Source: a virus
Lineage: Duplodnaviria; Caudoviricetes
IMG/VR virus record: IMGVR_UViG_3300024429_000008
Span: 1-53,958 of that record
Reading direction: 5' to 3' (one strand)
DNA length: 53,958 bases
The position numbers were made by a program, and so were the translations under genes. This document shows positions 25,681 to 36,031 of this stretch, in pieces; positions within the stretch are counted from its first letter, which is position 1, and each line of letters begins with the position of its first letter. The notes beneath the pieces are model-generated. The model ran no database searches. It saw only the letters and a list, made by a program, of their open reading frames with translations, and was not told the origin of the DNA.

Positions 25681-26489
25681 TGAGTTTCTTGATCCCTGGT
25701 TACGCTCAAGGTTTTGCCCATTCCGCTGCGGAAGCTGAGGAGCCGCGTTGGTGGGATAAGCTCGGGGCCCTGTACGTACCGGTGCTTGGTATGACTGGGC
25801 AGAATACCCTAGTTGACTGGTCAGGTCGGAGGCAGGATGCTACACTGCAAACGGGTGCCCTCTGGGGAGAAACAGAGAGGCTGCCCGGGTGGCCGAACAT
25901 CTTTACGGCTGCCGGGGGCATTGTCCTACCCAAGCCCCTGATCTCGGATACTACGAAAGCCTTTACAGTTGCTATGTCTTTCTACCGATCGGCGTCGGCA
26001 TCGGGCAATCGCCTTTTTGACCAACAGACCACCCGCATAGTGTTCTGGGTCGAGGGGCCTTACAATGCTACCACATTGAAAACCTACATAGGGGGTACAA
26101 CACTGAATGCAGATACCGTAGTGATGCCACTGTGGGGTTACCCACACCACGCGGTGTGGTCGGAGACGCGGGACCCGGACACCCAGCGTGTGTGGCTTAA
26201 TGGGGAGATAGTGAAGGACACTACGGCAGCGAGGGCGGATTGGGGAGTGGGTGCTGGTACGACAAAGCTTGGAGAAGATTCCCTGGGGGAGACAGAACGC
26301 TTGTGGGGGGGAATCTTCTTCTTTGCTTACTATAACCGAGCATGGACTGATATAGAGGCTTACGAATTCTGCCAGGATCCCTACCGGATGCTGAAACCTA
26401 TAAGGCGAGTGGCAGAATTGCAATTGGTCCCTCCCACTGTCCGGCCCTGGTGGTACTACCAGCTTAATGCTCGACGGAGATCCTACTAA
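25680..26489 (+). CDS. LamG/concanavalin A-like domain protein
   Basis: DWSG.., FTVAMSF, HHAV, RVWLNGE, YYNRAWT..E, DPY pattern. Confidence 0.72.
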   Translation: MSFLIPGYAQGFAHSAAEAEEPRWWDKLGALYVPVLGMTGQNTLVDWSGRRQDATLQTGALWGETERLPGWPNIFTAAGGIVLPKPLISDTTKAFTVAMSFYRSASASGNRLFDQQTTRIVFWVEGPYNATTLKTYIGGTTLNADTVVMPLWGYPHHAVWSETRDPDTQRVWLNGEIVKDTTAARADWGVGAGTTKLGEDSLGETERLWGGIFFFAYYNRAWTDIEAYEFCQDPYRMLKPIRRVAELQLVPPTVRPWWYYQLNARRRSY

Positions 26490-28954
26490 TGTTGCTGAAG
26501 CCAGTTGATACCGCAATCATTGTGACTGTTGGACCCCTAATTGATGATAATGACTTCAAGGCCTTGGAGACAACCGTACCTTGGAATGCGGCTGGTATGT
26601 CCGTAGACCTGTTCGAGGAAACTTATGGGGCTGTTACCAAGACAGATCTCACTCTCACGACGGGTGGAACCAGCGATTGGACCCATATAGGCAACGGCGT
26701 TTACGAAGTCGAGATCACAGCAGCCCAAAATAATACGGAAGGGATTCTATGGGTAGTCGGTATATGTGACGGTGTGCTGGTCTTCGAGAGCCCCCGATAT
26801 GCCGTAGTTTCACAACCAGTCTATGACGCACTGGCTGTTGGTACGGACGTGCTTCCGGTGAATGCCCAGAAGATCAGTGGTGATTCCGCAGCAGCAGACG
26901 CCCTGGAAACCATGCTTGATGGAACTGGAGGGAATGTCCTGAAGTTGAAGCAACTCCTGATCGTAGCAGAGGGCAATGATTCGGCCATCGACGCCCGGGG
27001 GTTGGGAACCGGAGCGGGTTTCAAGGCGACTGGTGGAGCGACAGGGGATGGGACCAAGTTCATTGGGGGGGCTACCTCCGGACATGGTTTGAACTCCCAA
27101 GCCCAAAATGCTGGTAGTGGTATTCTTGCATTGGCCCAGGGCAACACGCCTGGATTGCGATGTGATGGGGAGGGAACAGGAGCCGGTATCGCTGCTACTG
27201 GTGGGGGTACTGGAGGGGGCCTCCGTGCCCGTGGCGGGAGCACCAGTGGTCACGGCATCGACACGGCTGGTGGTACCAGCGGATCTGGAATCAAGGCTGT
27301 GGGGACGGATTCCAATCCGGGCATATGGGCTGATATCATGGGGACCATCATTGGGGATCTGACTGGTTCAGTGGGGTCCGTTACGAACGAAGTAACGGCT
27401 GATGTGACCAAGATTAGTGGAGACGCTACAGCAGCGGATGATCTGGAACTTCTAGTCGAGAACTCCAAAGGGACCGACCATAAGGTACTGATCTCCACAG
27501 ACGCTCAGGACCTTAATGCGTCCCTCGACGTGAATACCAAGACGATCACGAATGGGGCCGTGTCGGCCAACGCGATTGGGACAGATGCGATTGACGCCGA
27601 CGCCTTGAAGACAGACGCTATCAGTGAGATTCGAGACGGGATCCTGGATGACGCGACGAGATTTAGTGGGGCCGACATTGCTTCGATCCTCACTGATACG
27701 GGTACCACCCTAGACGGCAAGATTGATACGATTGATGGAAATGTAGACTCCATCCTCACAGATACGGCTGAGATCGGTGCTGCCGGAGGGGGCCTCACCG
27801 ACCTGGGGGGTATGTCGGATGGCATGAAGGCAGAAGTGGAGTCCGAAGCAAATGATGCCCTAGTTGCCCAGAAGCTCGATCACCTGGTAGCTGTAGCTGA
27901 TGCAGATGACGTAGCAGACAGCTCCATTATAGCCAAGTTGGCCAGTAAGAACGCCACGCCGGACTGGAGCACCTTCGACAACACAACTGATGCCCTAGAG
28001 GCTTTGCGGGACTATACGGCCAGCCTAGTGGCTCCCAGCGTTGTTGTGGGCACATCAATGTCCGGCAATGGCTTCCTGAGTGATGCCGTGTCGCTGGTTC
28101 GTCAGATGACTGACGAGCCCTCTACCAGGCCGAAGTACACCAATACAGATGTCGTCAACATGCTCCAGGTGGGGTTCTCGACGGTCCTGACGGAAGTCAA
28201 CATCAACACTGACCACCCGATCCTGGTGCGGCATGATATCACCCTGGTCTCGGGGACCCTCTCCTACATCTTACCTCCCCAGGTGGGGGAGATCTGGCGA
28301 GTTGCCAAGATTGTTTCTGGGGGGTACGTTCCCATCTACGAGGTCTGGCCGGATAACCATCAGTCCGCTCACCAGTCCGGGTTCGTAGTGGAGGGAAACG
28401 TGTTCCGGCTCCTCACTGACTGGCACTCGACGGATACCCTCCAGATCCTGTTCGTGCCGCTGGGTGAACCTTCCATGCACTATGGAACAGCCGGAGCATC
28501 GGATGATACGGATGGGTTGACGATTCCCCTCGCGGATACACCCACGGATGGGACATTGGACACTCGAGCCAATGCATATGCCGGGTACCTGATACGAATC
28601 CTGACTTCCACGGAGGCTGATGAGAGCTTCATACAGGAACGGACCATTGTTTCCTACAACAATGTGACTCGGGTGGCAACAGTCAGCCCGGCATTTGATC
28701 CGACAATTACGGATGGAACCATCACCTACGAAGTCATCCCAGCCTATAGTGAACTACTCAAGCACGTCGTGTGTATGCAGGTGGCTCTGAACATCCTAGG
28801 CATCGAAGGCAACGAGAAACGAATGAAGACTCTAAATCAACGATTCGCCGTAGCGATGCGGGCCTTGAAGATCCTGATTAGCAAGAAGTGCAGCCGGTTC
28901 CCCGGACACATGGAGGGAGACACCTCTGATAACGACTACCGAGGGGGTTGGTAA
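26489..28954 (+). CDS. Tail/fibre-like protein with Gly-rich repeats and C-terminal head-tail-adaptor-like region
   Basis: Gly-rich repeats (GAGFKATGG, GHGLNSQ) and Asp/Ala/Thr-rich stalk, then LVRQMTDEP...YTNTDVVNMLQ adaptor-like segment. Confidence 0.6.
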   Translation: MLLKPVDTAIIVTVGPLIDDNDFKALETTVPWNAAGMSVDLFEETYGAVTKTDLTLTTGGTSDWTHIGNGVYEVEITAAQNNTEGILWVVGICDGVLVFESPRYAVVSQPVYDALAVGTDVLPVNAQKISGDSAAADALETMLDGTGGNVLKLKQLLIVAEGNDSAIDARGLGTGAGFKATGGATGDGTKFIGGATSGHGLNSQAQNAGSGILALAQGNTPGLRCDGEGTGAGIAATGGGTGGGLRARGGSTSGHGIDTAGGTSGSGIKAVGTDSNPGIWADIMGTIIGDLTGSVGSVTNEVTADVTKISGDATAADDLELLVENSKGTDHKVLISTDAQDLNASLDVNTKTITNGAVSANAIGTDAIDADALKTDAISEIRDGILDDATRFSGADIASILTDTGTTLDGKIDTIDGNVDSILTDTAEIGAAGGGLTDLGGMSDGMKAEVESEANDALVAQKLDHLVAVADADDVADSSIIAKLASKNATPDWSTFDNTTDALEALRDYTASLVAPSVVVGTSMSGNGFLSDAVSLVRQMTDEPSTRPKYTNTDVVNMLQVGFSTVLTEVNINTDHPILVRHDITLVSGTLSYILPPQVGEIWRVAKIVSGGYVPIYEVWPDNHQSAHQSGFVVEGNVFRLLTDWHSTDTLQILFVPLGEPSMHYGTAGASDDTDGLTIPLADTPTDGTLDTRANAYAGYLIRILTSTEADESFIQERTIVSYNNVTRVATVSPAFDPTITDGTITYEVIPAYSELLKHVVCMQVALNILGIEGNEKRMKTLNQRFAVAMRALKILISKKCSRFPGHMEGDTSDNDYRGGW

Positions 28955-28955
28955 T

Positions 28956-29186
28956 ATGCAACACCAAAACAAGGAGACAGCTCCTCAGAATCGGCTGACA
29001 TGGGTACGAGACCCACTGGGAGGTCAGACTCAGGTTTTCCACAAAGATCTGCAAGGTACTCCTCTCTTTGAGAACCCTAACGAATGCGATCCTAGCCTGT
29101 CTCTGCAAGAAGGAAAATTGAGTGAATCCATCTCTGGGGTACAGGTAAGGCCAGAGGACAGAACCTATGGGGGACGCGATGCCTGA
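28956..29186 (+). CDS. Hypothetical protein
   Basis: Fills the gap between two structural genes. Confidence 0.35.
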   Translation: MQHQNKETAPQNRLTWVRDPLGGQTQVFHKDLQGTPLFENPNECDPSLSLQEGKLSESISGVQVRPEDRTYGGRDA

Positions 29187-32016
29187 GCGAGATACTGACA
29201 ACAATCGGTCCTGGGTGATCCCGACTGTGTATCCAGGGGCGGATTATCGACTCAATCAGGCTGCTGTGAGTTCTCCCCAGTTGGTGGAAGCTATCGGCAC
29301 GGATGGTCGATTCGTGGGAGCCATCCGGCCTTTCCCTGGTTTCGCTGATGATACAGTGCACAAGGTGCCCCACCCCGAGTCGGGACGCACCATCTCCAGC
29401 ATTGCCAATATCTTCTTCGTGAAGTATGCTTCCATCCAGAAGGGTCTCACGTCGGACAAGCTCAGTGGAATTGTGTTGCTGGGAGACAATCAGGAAGAAC
29501 CAGTTACGGGCAAAGCCATTTATTTTGCTTACTATGACACATCGGATGATTCCTATGATGTTGTGATGTTGGAGGACTTTAAGGATTGGGACGACTTCAC
29601 TCTGGATACCTTTACTGAATACGATGTTACTTCCCATGGGCAGTACATCTATTTTGTGGCATCCGGTGACACGACGGCGGTGGATGATAACTACAGTACA
29701 AAGGAACCTCCTTACAACCGGGCTTATTTCTGGGATTGGAAGATCAACTCCTGGGACAAGTATAACTCGGGATTTAATGTGAGGATGTTGGGCATCGCCT
29801 CCCCTCGATTCCTGAAAACTCCCATAAACCTAAGTCGAGATGTCTTTCGGGTTGGGGGGATCGCTGCCGCTATAACTCTAGGTAGTACTACGGTGACTCT
29901 GACTACAGATGCTCCTGATCTCTCGGGGGTAGTGCCGGGAGACTATATTTACCTCCATCAGGGAGAGGATGACCTGGAAGTTCAGATTTCTACAGTGGAT
30001 AATGTCACTAAGGTCATTGTTTTAGTTGGGTCATCTGGTATATGGACTTCAACCACCGCAGAATGGAGGATTATCAAAGAGGATGGAACAGAGAGCAGTG
30101 ATGCCTTTGTGGCTTACGTGCAGACAGGAGGCCCTTTCACTATGCCCAAAGGCAATTACACCTTTGGGCTGGAATTAATCAGCCGCAAACACCGACTGAG
30201 GTCCTCTCTTCGGATGTATACTCTCTTCGCAACTGAGGTAGCAAATACATATATTGCCCTCAGAGTGTATTATCTGGGAGAGACCTATACAAGCCATGGA
30301 GGGGACCCCTCCCAGCATTATGATACTAGGGGAGGAGGTCACACTGGAGAAGCTGGGACAGCGATCCTGCATTGGGGCATTCCCCACACAGATGGATTCC
30401 GTATTTGGCGATCCCCCGGGGATGGAGCAGAGGCAGCGGGTGGACGAGAGAAATATGACCCAGTGGGACAATTGTACCTCACGGATCCCTACATAGAGAA
30501 GGTATTACGAGCGGATCCGGCATCGGAGTATGCTCAGGGGTCTAGAATGTTCATAGATCATAGTACCACTCGTGGGGCAAGTCCTCGCATGGGGCATAGG
30601 AGTCCTTATCTCTGGGATGGGGTAACTGCCAGCAATGTTGAGAAAGTTGGGGCCCTGCAAGCTCGACCTGCTTATCAACCTTGGGATGATTCATTTGGTC
30701 CGGCTCCCCGGATGAAACGTCTTGCGGCTTACTCGGGGTTGCTATTGGGTATTACGGATATTGCTGTTCCTACAGACTTCCAAAACTGGGATGAGGTACA
30801 GGATCGACCTGAAGAATTGTGTTGGTCCCATACTGGTCGGAGTGAACCAGAGAACTTCCCAGTGTTCAATCGCTATGCTTTAGATGGAGCAGGGGAAACT
30901 TTCTTGGGTTTGGAACCGGCTGGAGATCACCTGTTTGCCTTGACTGGAGGCTCTGTATACAAGGTTCTGAGGTCCGGTAGCATAATATCCCTCAACCGGG
31001 TCCTGTCAGGGGTAGGAGTAGTTAATCGCTTCGCAGCTATAGGAGTGGGAAACACCTTATTCCTTGTAACAAAAGCAGGAGTCAAGTCCATTGATGGCAA
31101 CTCCGGGGCGATAAAATCCATCTCAGCTCTGGATCGAATCATAATCAATGATGGAGAATGGAATGACTCATTGGATGCTATCCACTTGGAGTATGATGCT
31201 ACCATTGGAGCCCTGGTTTTCCTGAACACTACCAAGCACGAGTGCATCTTCCTATGGGAATCCACTGGAGCCATCACCCGGCTGGTGGATGCTCCTTGGT
31301 CTTTCTTGGCCGCAGGCCCAGACGTAGCGACCTCGGGAGCCCAGAGAGTCTATTTCGTAATGGATGATGGTAACATCCACACTATAGACGCAGACCGGGA
31401 AATGGGCAAACGGTCCATGTGTGGAACAGGGGCCGCCGAGACCGTCAATGGTACCTGCACGACGGCATCCATCACTCAGATTATCGACTCAGGGGCAACA
31501 TTCCCTGCCAACTGCGTGGGACACAAAGTATACATCCTGAATGGAACAGATGAAGGAGTCGCTACAACCGTCACAGCCCGAAATAGTGATACCACCTTGA
31601 CCGTATCCGGACTCACAGAAGCAACGACCACGGATACCCGATATGCTGTGGCATCCATAGTGACCGAGTTGGTATTTCCTCAATTAGTGGGATACAGAGG
31701 AGAGCACGATCCATTCACTCGTAAGATAGTAAAGTCCATATCGGCTGCCTTCTCGGACCTATCAGGAGAGACGGACCCAGATTCCGATGACAACGCGGTG
31801 CTGCGATTCGGAGTATGGCGGGACGGCTCCCGCTTGGTAGAGACAGAAGCTGATCTCAACATCTTGCCAGATAAGTGCTTGGCCCAGGTGAGCTGTGGGG
31901 ATGCCCGAGTGTATCCTAGCTTGAGATTTCTCAGCGGGAACATAGATTTTGAACTCCAGGCTCTGATGGTGGAAGGGATAATCTCAGGGAACGTGGCCCA
32001 AAGCCGGATCACTTGA
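29167..32016 (+). CDS. Tail tubular/nozzle-like protein (P22 gp10 / T7 gp12-like position)
   Basis: 949 aa, beta-rich; LCWS...PENFP and downstream propeller-like repeats; follows the adaptor-like gene. Confidence 0.62.
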   Translation: MGDAMPERDTDNNRSWVIPTVYPGADYRLNQAAVSSPQLVEAIGTDGRFVGAIRPFPGFADDTVHKVPHPESGRTISSIANIFFVKYASIQKGLTSDKLSGIVLLGDNQEEPVTGKAIYFAYYDTSDDSYDVVMLEDFKDWDDFTLDTFTEYDVTSHGQYIYFVASGDTTAVDDNYSTKEPPYNRAYFWDWKINSWDKYNSGFNVRMLGIASPRFLKTPINLSRDVFRVGGIAAAITLGSTTVTLTTDAPDLSGVVPGDYIYLHQGEDDLEVQISTVDNVTKVIVLVGSSGIWTSTTAEWRIIKEDGTESSDAFVAYVQTGGPFTMPKGNYTFGLELISRKHRLRSSLRMYTLFATEVANTYIALRVYYLGETYTSHGGDPSQHYDTRGGGHTGEAGTAILHWGIPHTDGFRIWRSPGDGAEAAGGREKYDPVGQLYLTDPYIEKVLRADPASEYAQGSRMFIDHSTTRGASPRMGHRSPYLWDGVTASNVEKVGALQARPAYQPWDDSFGPAPRMKRLAAYSGLLLGITDIAVPTDFQNWDEVQDRPEELCWSHTGRSEPENFPVFNRYALDGAGETFLGLEPAGDHLFALTGGSVYKVLRSGSIISLNRVLSGVGVVNRFAAIGVGNTLFLVTKAGVKSIDGNSGAIKSISALDRIIINDGEWNDSLDAIHLEYDATIGALVFLNTTKHECIFLWESTGAITRLVDAPWSFLAAGPDVATSGAQRVYFVMDDGNIHTIDADREMGKRSMCGTGAAETVNGTCTTASITQIIDSGATFPANCVGHKVYILNGTDEGVATTVTARNSDTTLTVSGLTEATTTDTRYAVASIVTELVFPQLVGYRGEHDPFTRKIVKSISAAFSDLSGETDPDSDDNAVLRFGVWRDGSRLVETEADLNILPDKCLAQVSCGDARVYPSLRFLSGNIDFELQALMVEGIISGNVAQSRIT

Positions 32017-32041
32017 CTTCGGGCCCTGTCTCTGCTATAAT
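32013..32041 (+). promoter_or_regulatory. sigma70-type promoter with the 11-mer inside its spacer
   Basis: TTGACT-17 bp-TATAAT; CCTGTCTCTGC occupies 32025-32035. Confidence 0.82.
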
Positions 32042-32054
32042 GTAAGGGTATATC

Positions 32055-33404
32055 ATGGGTAAGTCACATTGGGAAGGTCAACAGGGTTCGGCGAAACAGG
32101 GTTCGGCGAAGTTGCAGTGGGACCCTACCTGGAAGCCCTTGATTTCAGAGTTGGGATCGCTTCCCCCGATGGGGTGGCGAGGTCCAGGAGAGGGTGAGAC
32201 CGGGTTTCAACCATTGATCCCAGATGCTCCTCCTATCGTTCCTTTCGGGTGGTATAAATCCGACGTGGGGGGTACAGGGCCGATAGGAGAGGAGGAGGGG
32301 GAGGAAAAGGGACCCACGACAGATATGCCAGATTGGTTGGGGGACATCGTAGAGGGATTATCTCCTGCTACCCAGGCTGGAATGGGCCCAGTTTGGGAAG
32401 CTATGGAAAGGTCTACCACTGAAGGACGAATGGATGTAGCAGGGGCGGAAAGAGAGCGGCAGCAGTACGAGCAGGATGCCCGGCGACGTATGGCGGGAGC
32501 TGAGGAACGACATAGGGGATTGATGGAGGACTTAGGGGGAATCGACGAGTTTGGACAAACCATCCTGGGAGATATGGAAACAGCCATGGGGGTTTTGGAG
32601 CGGGCCCGAACGGATATTCGGGATATACCAGACCGGCTCCGGGGGGATATTCAGCTGGGTCGGGAACGAATTGACCAGCAATTGATTCGAGCCGAGAGAT
32701 TGATTGGAGCAGATCGCACCGAGGCTCTGGGGGCAGTACATTTAGGCTATGCCAACATGCTTTCCACAGCCACAGCTGATGCCCACGCTGCTCAGGGCCA
32801 GAACGATTCCAAGATCAATGCCCTGGTCCAGCAGGGACAACTGGGAAGTGACCAGGCTGCCATGATGAAGATGCAATTCAATCTGGGTTCCAACATGAAT
32901 ATCGCTCAGAGCATTGGAGCAGTGGGGGCCCAATATGGTGCGATGGCCCAGAAGACCTACGCGGATTTCGGCAACATGCTAACTAGTATTGAGGGGGCTG
33001 CGGTTGGAGCGGCAGCGACCTATGAAGCAACTGGGGTAGGGGCCTTAACTTCAGCAGAGGTCGGTCTGGGCAACATGAATGTGCAAATAGCGGAAGCGAT
33101 GGCCAACGTCCAAACCAAACGGATGACGAGTATGCTTATGCTGGGAGAACTGCGTACAGCTGCCGAGGCATCATTTAACCAGTACGAACTAGCCATGCTC
33201 CCAGAGATGAACCAACCCTTCGTACCTGCCAGTGTGGTTGAGTACAATGATGTCATTATGAAACAGGAATGGATGCGTAGCATCATCGGTGCTGAGCAAG
33301 GAACGATGTACATGGAGCTGGTGGAAAGAATGGGTGTACAGCAGACAATCTTCTCCGGAATTGATATGTTCATGTCTTGTGCCCAAAACTGGGGTGGGGG
33401 TTAA
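32055..33404 (+). CDS. Putative internal virion / DNA ejection protein
   Basis: Met/Ala/Gln/Gly-rich helical protein after the tail genes. Confidence 0.55.
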   Translation: MGKSHWEGQQGSAKQGSAKLQWDPTWKPLISELGSLPPMGWRGPGEGETGFQPLIPDAPPIVPFGWYKSDVGGTGPIGEEEGEEKGPTTDMPDWLGDIVEGLSPATQAGMGPVWEAMERSTTEGRMDVAGAERERQQYEQDARRRMAGAEERHRGLMEDLGGIDEFGQTILGDMETAMGVLERARTDIRDIPDRLRGDIQLGRERIDQQLIRAERLIGADRTEALGAVHLGYANMLSTATADAHAAQGQNDSKINALVQQGQLGSDQAAMMKMQFNLGSNMNIAQSIGAVGAQYGAMAQKTYADFGNMLTSIEGAAVGAAATYEATGVGALTSAEVGLGNMNVQIAEAMANVQTKRMTSMLMLGELRTAAEASFNQYELAMLPEMNQPFVPASVVEYNDVIMKQEWMRSIIGAEQGTMYMELVERMGVQQTIFSGIDMFMSCAQNWGGG

Positions 33405-33406
33405 TC

Positions 33407-35584
33407 ATGGCAAATCGTCAAATGAGTTCTCCAGTTCAACCCATCTCTCGGGAGGCCATGAGTTCTCGAAGAAGAGGTGGAGGAGGTCCCTCTGGGGCTC
33501 AGATGGCTCAACAAGCAATGTCTAGCTTCGCTGCTGACCAACAGAGGGCCATGAGCCAATTTATGAATAGAGCTGGACAAGTTCAGCAGAGACAGGGGGA
33601 GGACCTCGGTCAGCAGATGACTGATGCCATGAATCGGATCATCGACCGGCAGGATGTACGTGCTCAAAGGGAGGAATCCAGGCAGTGGCAACTTGAGGAT
33701 CGGGATTTCCAGGCCAAACACTCGGAACAGTTACTCCGACTCCAGGACCAGATGGCGGGTGATGCCGTGAATCTCGCCCGACGAGGTAATGACATTCGGA
33801 AAGGTGGTCTGGAGCTCGTTAATCAGATAAAGCTTAATCTCAGTCGAGACAAGGAAAAACTGGCGGCCTCGGCGAGATACATAGCTGATGAGAAAGCAAA
33901 GGGGAGTTTTACTGCCCGAGGAGAGGAAGGTCTGGTTGACTACAAAAGATTGACACAGTTGCAGAAATCTGCCGAAGCCTTATACGAGGATCAATTCTAC
34001 TCTCCCTATGGCTTGGAGGTTGGAGCATGGGTAATGGAGATCGAAGACCAAATGAGGAGGGGAGAAGACTATCCGGACATACGCCGTGTGGGGATCGAGA
34101 AACTAAAGATGTCAGAGCGGGTGGCCGCCCGGCTTCCAGAGGGACATCAGCTTCTTCCGACTCTTAGTGACGAGCAGTTTCTGGACCTGAAAAGAGGAGG
34201 TGGATACCCTTCTGATGGGACGTGGGGTAAGAGCTCAGATGACCCAACGACCTTTGCCAACTTACTGAGTCCTCAGTCTGCGAGTGAGATCCTGAGAGAT
34301 GAACTGGATTGGGCCCAACTGGGTACCCGGGAAGCCCAGACGGCATACGTACAACGGGGCGTGCAGGCGACCATCCGACAGAGGGACGATCTGAATGTGG
34401 CTTGGAAGCATGAGGCTCGGATTGCGGCACTTGCCGAGAAACGTATACCCCAAGCTATAGGCCGCGGACTCCAGTCATTACGTTTCAAATTGACGGAAGG
34501 TGATCCAGACCAGGATATGGTCGGGACTTTCATTGATGAAGTTGTTAAGTCCGGCCTAGGCCCAGATAGTGCACCCTTAATCGGACACGTCGCAGAGTGG
34601 TTGAAGCTAGAGGACAAAGTAGTAGACACGGAAGAAGAACAGGCCGTGTTAATGCCTGTCTTGGCCCAATATGAGGCCATGAAGAGCTTGTTGGTTCCGG
34701 TCATGGAGACTCAGCCTGGAGTGGAAGGGGATCCTATGAAGCCCATGATTGCACAGTTTGTGAAAGACCTCACGGCTCCGGGGGCCTATACGGGGTGGTG
34801 GGGAAAAGAGCGGACTCCTGAATTCGGGATCATACAGCGTCTCTTAACAGCGGATCAACCCCCATTGGTGGCTGGTAAACCTCGTAAGTGGGGTATGGTA
34901 CACGGCCGAGCAGCCATTATGCCCGGAGGTGCGAAGGCGGGAGAGTGGATGGAAGACACAAAGGTGGAACTGGAACAGGCCGTGCGGCGGCAACTGGTGG
35001 ACGGGGCCGTCTTGGAGTTGGATAGGAGGATTGGTATTCTAGAGTCCCAGCCATACCCTACTGCCGTCCGCACGCTACGAGCTACCAATTCTCGCAAACT
35101 AGACCGCCTCGTTCCGCAAGTTAACGATATAGCGGCCATTGAGGCCGACATACGAACCGGGATAAGTACCGAAGAGGGGTGGGAAGAAGCACGCGAGCGG
35201 GGAGAGGAATATTTCCGGGGCATTAGAGGTCCAGCTCAAGCCCTGGCGTCCCTCCTAGATCAGCATCCATCATCGGCGACTGTAGTGTCCAACTTCCTAA
35301 CTGGTAAGGGTAGTTCTCCAGTGTATGATGACAACGGCCTGGCATTGCTGAAACTCCTGGAACCCTACAATGACCGATGGACAAGCCGGATTGCAGACAT
35401 AACTGAGAAGCAACGCAGACAGGCCATCGAAGCTGCGGGGCCTGTAGGACCCCAGCAGAAGCCTCCCCCGGGCCCCAGTGCCGGTCCCTCTGTCTCTGCT
35501 ACTTCACAACAGTGGGGTGGAGACCAACTAGCAGGAGATGATTGGAGTTTGGGTAGCTTGCCAAATATAGAGGATAGACGATAA
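33407..35584 (+). CDS. Putative internal virion / DNA ejection protein
   Basis: ATG at 33407; Gln/Arg-rich helical N-terminus. Confidence 0.55.
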   Translation: MANRQMSSPVQPISREAMSSRRRGGGGPSGAQMAQQAMSSFAADQQRAMSQFMNRAGQVQQRQGEDLGQQMTDAMNRIIDRQDVRAQREESRQWQLEDRDFQAKHSEQLLRLQDQMAGDAVNLARRGNDIRKGGLELVNQIKLNLSRDKEKLAASARYIADEKAKGSFTARGEEGLVDYKRLTQLQKSAEALYEDQFYSPYGLEVGAWVMEIEDQMRRGEDYPDIRRVGIEKLKMSERVAARLPEGHQLLPTLSDEQFLDLKRGGGYPSDGTWGKSSDDPTTFANLLSPQSASEILRDELDWAQLGTREAQTAYVQRGVQATIRQRDDLNVAWKHEARIAALAEKRIPQAIGRGLQSLRFKLTEGDPDQDMVGTFIDEVVKSGLGPDSAPLIGHVAEWLKLEDKVVDTEEEQAVLMPVLAQYEAMKSLLVPVMETQPGVEGDPMKPMIAQFVKDLTAPGAYTGWWGKERTPEFGIIQRLLTADQPPLVAGKPRKWGMVHGRAAIMPGGAKAGEWMEDTKVELEQAVRRQLVDGAVLELDRRIGILESQPYPTAVRTLRATNSRKLDRLVPQVNDIAAIEADIRTGISTEEGWEEARERGEEYFRGIRGPAQALASLLDQHPSSATVVSNFLTGKGSSPVYDDNGLALLKLLEPYNDRWTSRIADITEKQRRQAIEAAGPVGPQQKPPPGPSAGPSVSATSQQWGGDQLAGDDWSLGSLPNIEDRR

Positions 35585-36021
35585 TGGCTCTTATCTCAGT
35601 ACCAGTCCTAGTCGGAGGTATCGTAGGGTGGACGATATTGACGGGGATCCTCAACCGCACTCTGGGCAAGGCCGGGCGAGAGGAACTCCAGCGGACGGAG
35701 GCTGCCATTGCCCGTGCGGAGGCTCCGAAAGCCCTGTTGAGTCCTCTCATCCAAGAGGGGGTAGTATCAGAGCGTGAAGCTCGATTGGAGGAGAGGTATG
35801 GAGTCAGCCCCCAGGAGTTGATGACGACGGTTGCCCGGACGCGGGCTGGGGCTTTTGACCAAGCACTTCCCAGAGCCGAGGCTGGGTATAGCCCTCTGGT
35901 CGAACAGATTGCTGCTCGGATGGGAATGCGTCCCCAGGACATTGCCTCCCGGTTGAATCCTGCTAGAGTAGGAGGCGGCATGACCCTAGGGAAGGCTGTA
36001 TTTGGGGATCGACCCGTTTAA
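35584..36021 (+). CDS. Hypothetical protein with N-terminal hydrophobic helix
   Basis: LISVPVLVGGIVGWTILTGIL. Confidence 0.55.
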   Translation: MALISVPVLVGGIVGWTILTGILNRTLGKAGREELQRTEAAIARAEAPKALLSPLIQEGVVSEREARLEERYGVSPQELMTTVARTRAGAFDQALPRAEAGYSPLVEQIAARMGMRPQDIASRLNPARVGGGMTLGKAVFGDRPV

Positions 36022-36031
36022 GGGGAGAGAT

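Noticed and set aside
32081-32110. 15-bp tandem duplication ACAGGGTTCGGCGAA x2
   Set aside because: In-frame QGSAK duplication in a disordered N-terminus; probably neutral slippage.
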